From the human T2T-CHM13v2.0 reference genome, Homo sapiens, in the NCBI RefSeq assembly GCF_009914755.1, contig NC_060927.1: a DNA stretch of 64,000 nt, one strand, 5' to 3'. Made by a program: the position numbers and the translations under genes. Shown in pieces: positions 13,506 to 26,130 of this stretch. The notes under the pieces are model-generated. The model was not told where the DNA came from, did no database searches, and saw only the letters and a list, made by a program, of their open reading frames with translations. Within the stretch, counting starts at the first letter, position 1, and the number at the start of each line of letters is the position of its first letter.

Positions 13506-15068
13506 TAAACATTGTTTCTTTAATCATGACTTTATTCCCCACCTCCTTCCAAAAGAACTTATAGTGACTAGGACAGCAAAGGAGCAGGAACATTCTAGAA
13601 CTGCTTTGAGAGAGAGTTTATAACTTTAACTTCTTTTTCTTGTTCTTCTTCCAGTGCCATACAGTGGCCCAGACAACCTGAATTAGCAAATTGAGAGTAA
13701 AACAGACAAACAAACAAAAAAGCGACAGGCATTCTCTGGAATTGCTTTTTCATCCTTTACAGCCTACCCTTTGGGTATTGCTGGATTTCTGTGAATTTTG
13801 ACCTTTCTGGCAATCAACATGAATAGGCCATATTCTGAAAACATACTGGAAATGTTGTGTGACATGTGGATTAGGCTGTGTTGACAAATAGTGTGGTCTG
13901 TCAGATATTCCACAAAACACTGCCACCTGTAGAAAATAAACCCCTCAGTGGCTGTGTCTCAGCTCCTGGCATACGTGGGACTGTCTCATATCACTTTCCA
14001 TCACTTCTCATATGTATCAGAGGCCTTACATATCACTTTTCAAGTCGTTTCCTTATTTACATATCACCGTGGTCAAAAATTCCCAGGACAACATAATCAG
14101 CTATCTTAACCAAGCCAATAAACAAGTCCAGTAAATAAATAAATAATCCCTCTCTATATTCCCTCCTCAAGGTCTTTCTCCCAGAACTGTCTTCTCTTCA
14201 CAAGCAAACTCTAAGGCTGAAGATATTATTTGTACACACTCTGGTTCATTGGCAGTATATATTTTCAATCTGCCAAAAAATGTGAAAAGGAAGCATGCTG
14301 AATTTAGCTTCCCCCAGAATTGAATTCAACTGGATGTCAAACTTCTAGTAGGACTTGTAAAAGTTCCACTGTTGTTGGCATCTGCAGGGAGAGCAAAGAG
14401 ACAGCTGTAAAAAGCATCTTCTCGCCAAAACGTGATTTGGGAAAGGTCATTTTATTACATGATTTATTTATATTGTTTCTCCATGGTACACAACGTTCTG
14501 ATGGGGATGCAGAGCATTCTGATGTGGACACAGAGCCTGGAAAAGGAGGAGAGGTGTTTAAAGAAATCCTCAAAGCCTGCAACTCAGAGGCACCATATGG
14601 GCCAAGGAGATGTTTGATGTATATTCTGAAGGCTGTTTTAAGCCTCCAACAGGCTGCAGCTTTTCTGTATCAATCAAATCAAAAAGGAAGTTCTATCATG
14701 ATAAGATCGATCTCCTCCACTGTCCTCTGAGACTTCATCAGTAAGAAACACGATTAGAAGTAGGTCTTGCTTCTATAGTCAGCAAAAACAATCAAGACCT
14801 TCTTCCCCTTTCAGAAATGAAAAAAAAAAAAGTCAGCGTAATCAAATTTCTAATGGTTTATCTTCTTTACACGGTATGTTGTCATTTTAAAGGGCTTACA
14901 TTTTCTCTTCTGGATTTCTTTTCCCAAAAAGGCATGTGTTGGTGACATTCTAAACAGACCTACAATATTTAATAAGGAAAGTTGAATATCTTTTTAAATA
15001 AAAGCAGATGGGCAGTTTTGTTTATCTTCACTTGGCTCTATCACTGTTTCCTAAACATGAGGGTGGGA

Positions 15069-15775
15069 TTTTTTTTTTTTTTTTTTTTTTTTTAGTTTTC
15101 AATAATTAAAAGAATTAAAAATATTTATTTAAAAAATGCACACACATACACACACACCACCATTTCTCTTATTCTATTATTATTTTTTATTATACTTTAA
15201 TAATGTGCACAACGTGCAGGTTTTTTACATATGTATACATGGGCCATGTTGGTATGCTGCACCCATTAACTTGTCATTTACATTAGGTATTTCTCCTAAT
15301 GCTATCCTTCCCTGCTCCCCCAACCCCAAGACAGGCCCTGGTGTGTGATGTTCCCCACCCCGTGTCCAAGTGTTCTCATTGTTCAGTTCCCACCTATGAG
15401 TGAGAATATGCAGCGTTTTGTTTTCTGTCCTTGCGATAGTTTGCTCAGAATGATGGTTTCCAGCTTCATCCATGTCCCTAAAAAGGACATGAACTTATCC
15501 TTTTTTATGGCTGCATAGTATTCCATGGTGTATATATGCCACATTTTCTTAATCCAGTCTATCATTGATGGACATTTGGGTTGGTTCCAAGTCTTTGCTA
15601 TTGTGAATAGTGCCGCAAGAAACATACCTGTGCATGGGTCTTCATAGCAGCTTGATTTATAATCCTTTGGGTATATACCCAGCAATGGGATTGCTGGGTC
15701 AAATGGGATTTCTAGTTCTAGATCTTTGAGGAATCACCACACTGTCTTCCACAATGGTTGAACTAGTTTACAGTC
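15069..15775 (-). mobile_element. 5'-truncated L1PA (PA4-6-like) with a 3' transduced tail
   Basis: ORF2 C-terminus (GIYPKDYKSSCYEDPCTGMFLAALFTIAKTWNQPKCPSMIDWIKKMWHIYTMEYYAAIKK) and L1 3'UTR, then ~75 bp of non-L1 DNA and a second poly-A; TSD gggtgggattttt at 15061-15073 and 15778-15790. Confidence 0.93.
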
Positions 15776-16749
15776 GTGGGTGGGATTTTTAATATCAAGT
15801 TTGTAATGGTGACTAGTAGGATTTACTGGATAAATACTTCTTTGACCATAAATTTTGTTTAACCTCTCCCTGATGTACAGTCCAAGCTAAATGTTGCTGG
15901 GTTTTGTTTTTTGTTTAACCATTGTTTTCTGTTAGTTTACTGTTAGTATGTCTCAGACATGGAGGTCAGGTGATTGAATACAAGAACCAAATAGAGTTTT
16001 TATTCTTGCCCTTAGATGATAGCCAGTGTTGAGACTTTGTTAAACCTCTTGTTTCACTTAGTTGAAAGTACTTTATACAAAAAAAGCAAGAGGAGCCAAA
16101 TCTGTTGAGAAAGTAGAAAATATGACTTGGCTTCTAATGGTTCCCCTCAGCCCAAACAGTCACAGGCATCTCTCATTTTTGTTTCTACAAATGTTTATAT
16201 AGGTAGCAACTATCAGTATCCTCTTGCTCATAGTAAGTTATTTGATGGTGCAGACTCTATCACCGTATCTTCAAAAGTGGCTGACTAGGGAATGCACACA
16301 GTATGAATCGTATTCTCTGATAATGTCTGTGGATATATTTGACTGATTTGCCTCTTAGATGATGAAGTCTGATGTCTCCATGGAAATTCCATTTGAGAGA
16401 GATTTAAAAATTAAACATCATGAATATTAAGCAGTGCTGCCTGGAAGTTCAGCTCCAAGTGACTTAATCACTTTGTCTGCAGTTTTCCTTAAAGAAGCCA
16501 TTGTTTGAACTAGGAAGGCATTTGTTTTTCTAAATAGAAAAAATTAAAAGCTAAATATCAATACTGTGTGAAACAATCCCTTGACATGTTGAATTGTAAT
16601 GTTCTTAAAAAAAATTCACCCTACCAAGGCCACCTTTAGAAAACAAGATTATTTCTTAGTGGCATCTCTCTGCTTTCAGGAACATTGCATTAGAGTTTCC
16701 AAAGAATGCATGGCCCATGCAGGTTGATTTGCATTAAGTCCATTTTGCT

Positions 16750-17086
<337 letters not shown>

Positions 17087-17294
17087 TCATAGGTCATAAA
17101 AAATCCCATTCAAAATTAGGAAGACCATTCCAATAATTGGGATAAAAATAACAATGTAGTAGGGGCAAAGATACTAAGAAAAATTATCCCAAACTTGGAA
17201 ATAAAGCAAAAAGATTACTGTGAGCCCCTTCAAAGTGATATTACTAACTATGCTAATTAGCCCACCTAAACAGATACAAAACAAACACCATAAT

Positions 17295-17431
17295 AGACAA
17301 TCTGAAAGGCTAGTGAAAAAAATATTTGGATTACTGAATATTTTCATACTTTGTAACACAAGTAAGACAGAAAAATCTCAAAGGCTAATGAAAAAATTAT
17401 TTGGATTACTGAATATTCACACACTTTGTAA
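17295..17431. repeat. Diverged tandem duplication, ~75-bp period
   Basis: aatctgaaaggctagtgaaaaaaatatttggattactgaatatt vs aatctcaaaggctaatgaaaaaattatttggattactgaatatt. Confidence 0.9.
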
Positions 17432-17603
17432 ATATTAAGAGAGTAAGAGAGTCAAAACCAGGACCAGTACTAGAAGCTGTGAGTTGCCTATTTCATTAGC
17501 CAGACCACCTTTAATTGAGTTCCTTGTGGTAATTCAATAACTAGGCCACATTGGATCAAGTCCAAAGCCAGGAGGTCTTGTACCAATTTCTGCCCTATGG
17601 TAG

Positions 17604-17764
17604 ATAGTGAGGCTTCCCACCTATAATCTAAGCATAGTATATCAGTTAGTTAGAATACAATTAACTAAAGACATCGCTAGCTAATAGTGAGGCTTCCCAC
17701 CTATAATCTAAGCATAATATGTTAATTTAGCTAATGCAATTAACTAAAGACATCGCTAGCTAAT
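17604..17764. repeat. Tandem duplication, 80-bp period
   Basis: atagtgaggcttcccacctataatctaagcata...caattaactaaagacatcgctagctaat occurs twice (17604, 17684). Confidence 0.95.
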
Positions 17765-17979
17765 AAACATGTAAAAGCAATAACATTACGTGTATTTAGC
17801 ATTTTAGAGTTTGGAAGTAATTTCTCACAAGTCTTAGTACCCCAACTTTGGAAGGGAGGCACTATTACCTTCATTTTATAAATAAGGATGAAGATGCCTG
17901 GGGAGGTCAAGAATTACTTGGTCTATAAAGTTCAAAGCTGGGAATGGAACTCAAGTCTTTTGTGAGTTGTAAGCAAGGC

Positions 17980-18205
17980 TGTGTGGTCAAACACAGCTAC
18001 AGTTTAGTTATGATTTCAACACTTACTGGTTGAGTAACCTTGGTAAGTCAGTTCACTTTTCTGAACTCAGTTTCTTCATCTTTAATAAAGGGAAAACACT
18101 ATTACTAAGTCAATGTTGATTTTTAAAAAGCATTAAAATAGATCATTCACTTAAAACACTTATCACATTGTCTGGCTCACAGTAAGCACTCAATAAATCT
18201 TAGCT
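17980..18205 (+). mobile_element. MIR SINE
   Basis: cacttactggttgagtaaccttggtaagtca...ctcagtttcttcatct...cacagtaagcactcaataaat. Confidence 0.75.
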
Positions 18206-19076
18206 GTATACGAAAAGAAAATGAAATGACAGTACAAAGTTGATTTCAAAAGATTCCCTCAACATATTCAAGGGGAGATACTGAAACTACTTAATGTAGT
18301 TCAATGCCCAATTCCCAAAAAGATAAATTATATTGAGAACGCAAGTGAAAATTAGTATGGTATATGATGTTACATAGAAATATACAGTTCATCATGTTTA
18401 CTCTGATTAATAAGGCAGGAAGGTGAATGAACATATCAGAAAGCTTCTGAACAACAGCATTGGGGCAATAAACTTATTTCTAGTTAGTCTTCAGTTAGCC
18501 TGAAAATCAGTAGACATTTTGGTTTATATATGTTACATATGTTTCTACAGTTTTTTTTAAGAACAGGGGCTTAAAAATAATTAAAAGAGTGAAATTTCAA
18601 GATTATTTGAGAGCAACCAGGATTCCCTTTTCTGGAGCCTCTACTAGTAGTGATTCACAGTAACATTTACTTGACCTTCCAGTAAAGGCTTCAGTTTATT
18701 TAGGGAAATGAGAAAGACGGGAACATTAAAGAAATCATAGAGTCACAGAGGCTGCCAGGGTTGGCAAAATGATTCCAAACTCAGCAGCCTTGTGCCTTAA
18801 GCCCCTTTCAAAAAACAGGCTCCTGGCAAATCCAGGGCAGACCACCAAGCTATTTGCAGGCAAGTTTTACAGCGCAAAGCAGGCCAAACTTAACTGTTAG
18901 AACCGTGATGCTCAAGTGGCATTGAAAAGGCGGTACTGAAAGGAGTCCTTAGGAGCTAGCAGTGATGGGCTTTTAATTTAGGGAAGGTAAGAATGCACTG
19001 ATACAGCTGGAAACACAGTAGCAGTACATTTTCCTAAGATAAAATTCACCTATGTCACTTTCTGAGTAAGACATAA

Positions 19077-19429
<353 letters not shown>

Positions 19430-19694
19430 TTTTTTATTTTTTAAAATCTTCATCATTTTATAAATAGTTCCTCAAAACAAATCAACAAAAATCCCTCTTG
19501 CATTGCCTTATTATAAAGACAATGTATTTCCTTCCTTTTTTTAAAAAAAAAAAAGTTTACATGAGCCTATTTCCTTAAAAAAGATCTTTTTGGGAACTTC
19601 ATTGATAAGCAATGAAAACCCAGTGACCTATTTATCCTGGAATCTCATTACCAGAAGCCCTTTCCAGCCATTACTAATATTAATATTATTAAAC

Positions 19695-20001
19695 GTCAAC
19701 ATTTCAGAACAGTTTATTCTGGGTTGTCTGCGATGGAGAAAGGGATGAGAACCATTTTCAAGGGCTTTTCTCGTGACATTTGCTCCTCTGCTCCCGGAGA
19801 GAACACGTCAGCTCCCTCCATCCACAGCTGCACATGCGTCTGCTCTGATTGCAGTACCCGGGGAATGCGTCCTCAGCCCTCAGAGGGACCACCAGTGTTA
19901 TCTCAGACCTGGCAACGAGCCACCAGCGGGCAACAGTTTTTAAACAGATTGGTTCCTTCCTGGTCCTCACAGCAAAGAAAAATAAGGGTTGATTGAAGAA
20001 A
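19695..20001 (-). ncRNA. Candidate terminal exon of a minus-strand noncoding transcript
   Basis: Minus-strand acceptor ccttttgttctcctacag before 20001; AATAAA (tttatt 19713-19718); unique sequence with a local CpG cluster. Confidence 0.35.
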
Positions 20002-20133
20002 CTGTAGGAGAACAAAAGGTGTCAGGAAAAGGCCCCTAAACTTGGAAATCAGGCAGAAAGATTACTGTGAGCCTTTCAAAGTCATACTAACTATTCTAAC
20101 AAGCCACATAAGGGTCATATGACTCTCTCAGGC

Positions 20134-20341
20134 TGCGCTGTTCTTTATGGTAGCCACTAGTCATTTGTGGCTCTTTAAACCTGAATTAATCAAAATTAAA
20201 TAAAATTAATTTAGTTCCTCAGTCATTCTAGCCACACATCAAGGGCTCAATGCCTACATGAAGCTGGTGGCTATCACATTAGGAAGCACAGCTAGAGAAC
20301 ATTTCCGTCATTGCAGAAAGTTCTGTTGGACAGCTGCTCTA
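20134..20341 (-). mobile_element. MER3 hAT-Charlie
   Basis: tggtagccactagtcatttgtggct...gaacatttccgtcattgcagaaagttctgttggacagc. Confidence 0.85.
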
Positions 20342-20886
20342 AAGGAAGGGAAGGTTCCCTTAAAATTGACTATTAATTACAGCTCAGACTCTGTAAAGTT
20401 AGACTTTAACTGGTTGAAGGCTGTTAATTGCAAATGACTTTTGTTCTCTAGAGATGTAAATCACTTTTATCCAGAAGGAAAGATAGCCCTACAGGTTACT
20501 CTTTTTCTTTTTCTTTTTTTGCCTTAAAGGAAATTAACCAATTTTGCATCTAAATTTGCAACCTTGTTCCAGGATTTTTAACTGACTAAATATATATCAG
20601 TTTTTTATATCTTCCTTTAAACCAGCTTTGTCATCATGCTGTGTCCTCTCTTCCTTGCTACTGAGTTAAAGAAATCCTTGACATGTGCTCACCATATATG
20701 TGAGAGGATCATGTTTCTAACTTTTTAAAAATTATACTCTGACAAAGGGATTGAACAGATGCACCCGGTAGGAATTTGATTTAAATAGGTTCTAAATTCA
20801 ATATTGGGCAGATTGTTCTCTTGGCAAAATTTATATAAGTGCTTCTTGGCTTTTCCAACAACTCAGCAGTATGGCACAGAGATTGA

Positions 20887-21309
<423 letters not shown>

Positions 21310-21404
21310 ATCTATTTTGTATAATACTATATAGCTTCATTTTTTAAAGTAATGAGCCCACAGAAATACATAAAGTAAAAATAAAAGTTGCATATACAGA
21401 GAGG

Positions 21405-21630
21405 CAACTTAGTATTGTGACTAAGAAGATTTTGACAACACACATAACATGATTAAAGTCAACACTCTACCACTTACTAGCTGTGGGATCTTAAGTTATC
21501 TGATTTCTTTGAACCTCAGTTTCCTCATCTATAAAATAAAAATCATAACAACTAGATTATAGGGCAGTTGTGATGACGAAATTAGATAATGTCTGGCACA
21601 TAGTAAGGACTGGATCAATACCAGTTATTC
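21405..21630 (+). mobile_element. MIR SINE
   Basis: ctctaccacttactagctgtg...gaacctcagtttcctcatctataaaat. Confidence 0.8.
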
Positions 21631-22189
21631 TTGTTATCACTTCAGGAAACCTAGAATTCCATAAAGTAATTCATTGAAAAGGCAACATCTAACATCTCCC
21701 ATCTGATTTTGAAAATTCATAAGAATTTTGCATTCTCCTCCACGCTTTCATTTTAATTTGTACATAATTTCCTCCCAAATGCATCCAGTAAAGATGTGCC
21801 ATATTTATATTGACTTTACCTATTCTTAAGCCCAGGGTATCATCAGAAGTACACATACCCTAGACAGGAAAGTATGGCATCCGTGATAGATGTTAGGTTA
21901 TAGGTTCAATTTTTCTGAAATGAAACTTATTTTAGTTGACTTTGAAGAATCAAGAACATCAAATAAGATACAGAGAAACATATACATACCAGTACCAGTA
22001 ACACCACCACCACCACCACTACCGAAACAATGACCAGACACTACCTAAAACTTAGCAGAATTTGCCATAAAAGGGAAAGAAGAAAGAAAAAGAATTTCAA
22101 GAGAAAGTGAAAGAGGCTAGGATGGGGGCAGAGGAGTTGTTTTCTCTGCCTTCTAGAATACATAATTTAAAGCAATTTGACTGTTAGTA

Positions 22190-22920
22190 TATAGAAGATC
22201 CCAGAGAAGGGAAGTTCATAAGCAAATGCCTCTCCAAAGAACCCAAAGCAGCCCTGAGAGATTCTCTAGGAGAATCCCTCTCCCAGGCCCAGCCCCCAAG
22301 GGGCATATAACCAAGGTTCTGCTGCTTTGCCGATGGTAGTGTGGAGATACCATTATGTGTGCCTGTAGATTTCTCAAGAAGTTAGGATAGGAGGAGAAAC
22401 AAGCAAATAGTAAATCTTTTAGTCCCATATACTTGTCACTGACTCCCATTACTCAGAAGGAAGTCCAAGCTCAACAGGTCTGACGAGTCCCACCTGGATT
22501 CTGGCATTCAAATGTCATAAGTGCTCTACCTTGTTCTCTCTGGACTCTGGCATTCAAATGATGTCATAAGTGCTCTCCATCTTTTCAGCAGACCCTCCTC
22601 CTGGCAGGGAATGCTTGCATTGGACATAGTTAGCTACCACACAGAAAGAGCTCACCCTCTACCTGTGTCTATGCAGCCATATCCATCCAGCACAGGACAC
22701 TGATTGGCTCATCTTGAAACGCACCCCTAACAATGAGCCAATCACCACAGTCATGGGAATCAAATACTTTCATTGGCTAGTCTGGGTCACATGACCACCC
22801 CTGGGGCCAATAGTTGAAATCAAGCACATCTGAACCAAAGGAACTGACCATGATTTCCACAGTATGAAGGAGGAATTGTGCCCCTAAAAGATGCCGGGCA
22901 GTCTTGGTTCCGAAGAGAAT
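22190..22920. mobile_element. Old MLT1-type LTR (diverged), containing a 46-bp tandem duplication at 22494-22576
   Basis: ctgattggctc...tgagccaatcacc...cattggctagtctgggtcacatgaccacccctgg motifs typical of old MLT1 LTRs. Confidence 0.55.
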
Positions 22921-22929
22921 GGAAAAAAC

Positions 22930-23395
22930 TATTATGTATGAATGTACATAACAGCATTAGTCACAATAGCCAAAAGGTAAAACAATGCAAATGTCCATCA
23001 ATTGATGAATTATGGCATATTTATACAATGGAATATTGTTCAACCATTAAAAGGAATGAAGTACTGAATCTATAACATGCTTGAACCTTGAAAACATTAT
23101 GCTATATGAAAGTAGCCAGTCACAAGAGGCTACGTATTCTTTGTCCACTTATATGAAATGTTAGAGTAGGCTAATGCATAGAAACAGGAAATAGTGATTG
23201 CGAGGGGCTTGGAGGAGAGGGAATGAAGAGTAATGGTTAATGGGTATGGAGCTGCTTTTTGGGATGATGAAAACGTTCTAGAATTCAATAGTGGTGACAG
23301 TTGCACAATTCGGTGAATATTCTAAAAACCACTGAACCTGTATTTAAAAGGGTAAATTTTAGGGCATGTGAATTATATCTTATCTCAATAAAGCA
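22930..23395 (+). mobile_element. L1MB-type LINE-1 3' end
   Basis: cacaatagccaaaagg...aaatgtccatcaattgatgaat...gggatgatgaaaacgttctagaa...ctcaataaagc. Confidence 0.9.
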
Positions 23396-25939
23396 AAAAT
23401 ACCATTGCTCCAACACTAATGTCTTCACCAGGTGAAGTGGTGGGGCTGAATAGTGCTGGCATTACCACTAGATGGAATGAGAGCTAATGGTAAATTCGTA
23501 GCAAGTATTAAGTGAAAGAATTTTTGCTAAAATAGTCCTCTCGTTCACATTTACCCAGTCCCCTTAAAGGATCCTTTAGTATTACTTTTATTTTATTAGT
23601 CTCCATACTATATTACTCAAAAGAGTATTACCATATTACTGAAGAGTCCTTCCCTTGGACATAAACAGTCTTTGGCTGTCAGTGCCCTTTAAATGGTTTC
23701 TGCTCCCTGTAGCCCATTATTTTAAGAAACTTGTTCAGCCTCTACTTCCTGAGATTCTTCCCATACATTGCTTAGCATACTGCGTGGGAACATGGCAGGC
23801 ACTCAGTAACTGTTAACTCCCAGTGCTATTATTACTGATCCAACTCTGGGGTCATCATAAAGAGGCCAATTCCTAGTATTGCTTAGGCTTCTTGGAAAAA
23901 AGCCAGTTGAGTGTTTTTTTGGATCCCGGCAGTCAACAGGATGCATCACTACCCCGTAAGTTCGTTGAAGCAGTAATTTTTTAATGAATGGAGGTAAGGG
24001 TGTGGCTTAGGAAACACACAGGAGGTAGCGAGGCACCCAGAGACTGACAAACCTAAGCAGTCATGAGCATCCCTTGGGCTGAAGATAGGGGAGGAAGTAT
24101 TGTTTCAGAATTTGAGGAAGGAAGGCAGAAATCCTCCAACTTGTCTCTCCCACCTTCTCATTTCCTTGTCAGGGTTGTTTTCTAGCTGAACTCAACTTGA
24201 AGCTAGCTGGCCAAGGAGAGCGTGAGATGCAGTCTACAGGTGTCAGCCTCCCAGGGCAAGAGATAGGTGAACCATTACTCTAGAGAGAGAGAGAGAATAA
24301 CTATGTTTTAAAAACCTGGAGTCAAATATATAGTTAATTACCCATTCACTCCTGGTGGTTGAAATTCTCTTTAAATAGGAGGCCTGTCATGGTTCTGAGT
24401 TCTGGCAACCTCCTTCCCTTCATTAGTAAATGCTGCCATTAAAACAACAACCTAAGCAAGTTGGAGAATAGGCAAAGGCAACTTGAGCTACTTAATTTCA
24501 AAACTCCAGCTTTTTGAACAGCACTAAAGTCTGTTTCTCATAGAAGGCAAATTAGTTAATTTCAAATGTGGTCTGTGAATATCAACAGACCACCCAAATG
24601 TTTACATATTTTATACCGTCCTTCTAGTGGGTTTCAAAAAAATAATTTAAAACCCAGCTAGTTTGAGAGAAAAAGGGGGCACTCATGCATATAAATTGTC
24701 TGCATTAAGGGCCAGTTCCATATTAAAACAACATTAATTATTCATTTAGTGAAGGAGAAAAATTTACCTATCATAGAAAAACCCCTAGGGTGATATTGTT
24801 TTCCACAACCTGCTTGCAAGCCCAGTAACATCCCAAATGCCCCTCTAATTCAACCTCTCCCTGGAAATGAGAAAAGGCTATGGAAAGAAAAACAACTGAG
24901 CACTTTATTGCTACATCGTGTCTTAGAGGTTGATGTATTCAAGTTCTCTCAAACCCGGAGGTCAGATCCAGAATTCCAGAGCTGAAGGACTGTGCATGGA
25001 AAAAAAAAAAAAAATCCCTTGCCTCTGGCTCTTTAATAAAGTCAAAACTTTAGGGAAAGTCAGCAGGGTCTGTTTCAGGGCTGGGATTTCGGGTCCTGGC
25101 AGAAAAGGACCCCCTGAGGAGGTGTCTAACACCTGGCTGAGTTTCCAAGTCCCCTCTTCCCCACTCCCCAGTGACTTTCTGGAAACAGAACAATCGTTGT
25201 CCAAACTCAACTCACAGTAGTCCACCAAGAGAAAAGTCTATTGCCAACTGGAATGCTTTAGATTTTCAACAGCAGATTGAGGGCATGTCCTAGGGACCCG
25301 AGGAAGAAGAGTTTGCAAAGAATACATTTTTATTTGCTAGAAAACAACCACCTTGTTCACTGAATCATAACAAAGTCAGGGATCTGAATTTTTCTACCCT
25401 ACTGAAAAAAAACTGCCTTTGCCACTCCCTTCAAAATACTGTGGAATCATAGCAGTGGCCTTAAGGGATGTTCATTGTTGTTCTGGTTTTGATGAACTGG
25501 AAAGTTTGATGTGGAGCCTATTTTCAGAAATCTTATGTGTAAACTTGACATTGCTAAGGGTGCAGGGTTGTTAAAATTTTGAGAATAGCAGCTACCTACC
25601 GGGAGTCACCAAAGAAGCCTTGGGGAGGTCCAGCAACCTACAAAGACCCTCCCTGTCACCTGTTGGCATGGACTGAATCTCAGCCTTTAGAGGTTATTTA
25701 TTTGGATCTTTCAACTTTGTTTTTTAAGAAACTCATACTCTAATGCAAACACCACTAAGAAAGCACACTTTTGGAACTGCTGGATCCTTGGCAGTTTGGG
25801 GAAAGGTGGTAGAGGGCAGTAGAGTGTTGACATGGCTTGAAAAGAGGGTATGGAAAGAGTGCTAAAAATACTTTTACCTACTTTATAATTTTTGTGAAGA
25901 TTTATCACTGTAGCCCTAATTTCTTTCAAAAGAGAGAGG

Positions 25940-26130
25940 CTTAAGGTTAGAAGATCCCACTTATAATTGTGTAGCCTTTGTCAAGTCTCTTAAAGTTCCT
26001 AAGCCTCAGTTTCACCATCAGTAAAATGGGGCAATAATACATTATTAATTTTGTGAGGATTACATGAGATAATTTATAGGAAGTTACTAACATGGTACTT
26101 AGGACATGGTAGGTGTTCAGTAAATGTAAT
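25940..26130 (+). mobile_element. MIR SINE
   Basis: aagcctcagtttcaccatcagtaaaatggggcaataat...tgtgaggattacatgagataat. Confidence 0.75.

Noticed and set aside
13141-13593. 150-aa Ser/Pro/Phe-rich ORF
   Set aside because: Antisense translation of the GA-rich low-complexity tract.
14320-14730. 136-aa plus-strand ORF just after an acceptor-like cttcccccag
   Set aside because: TTG start and no recognisable domain; by rough estimate one or two ORFs this long are expected by chance in six frames of 64 kb.
15383-15685. ORF with real protein similarity
   Set aside because: It is the L1 ORF2 C-terminus of a 5'-truncated element, not a host gene; the same applies to 8902-9135 and 22878-23075.
25281-25290. 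Perfect p53/p63 half-site GGGCATGTCC
   Set aside because: No adjacent second half-site.
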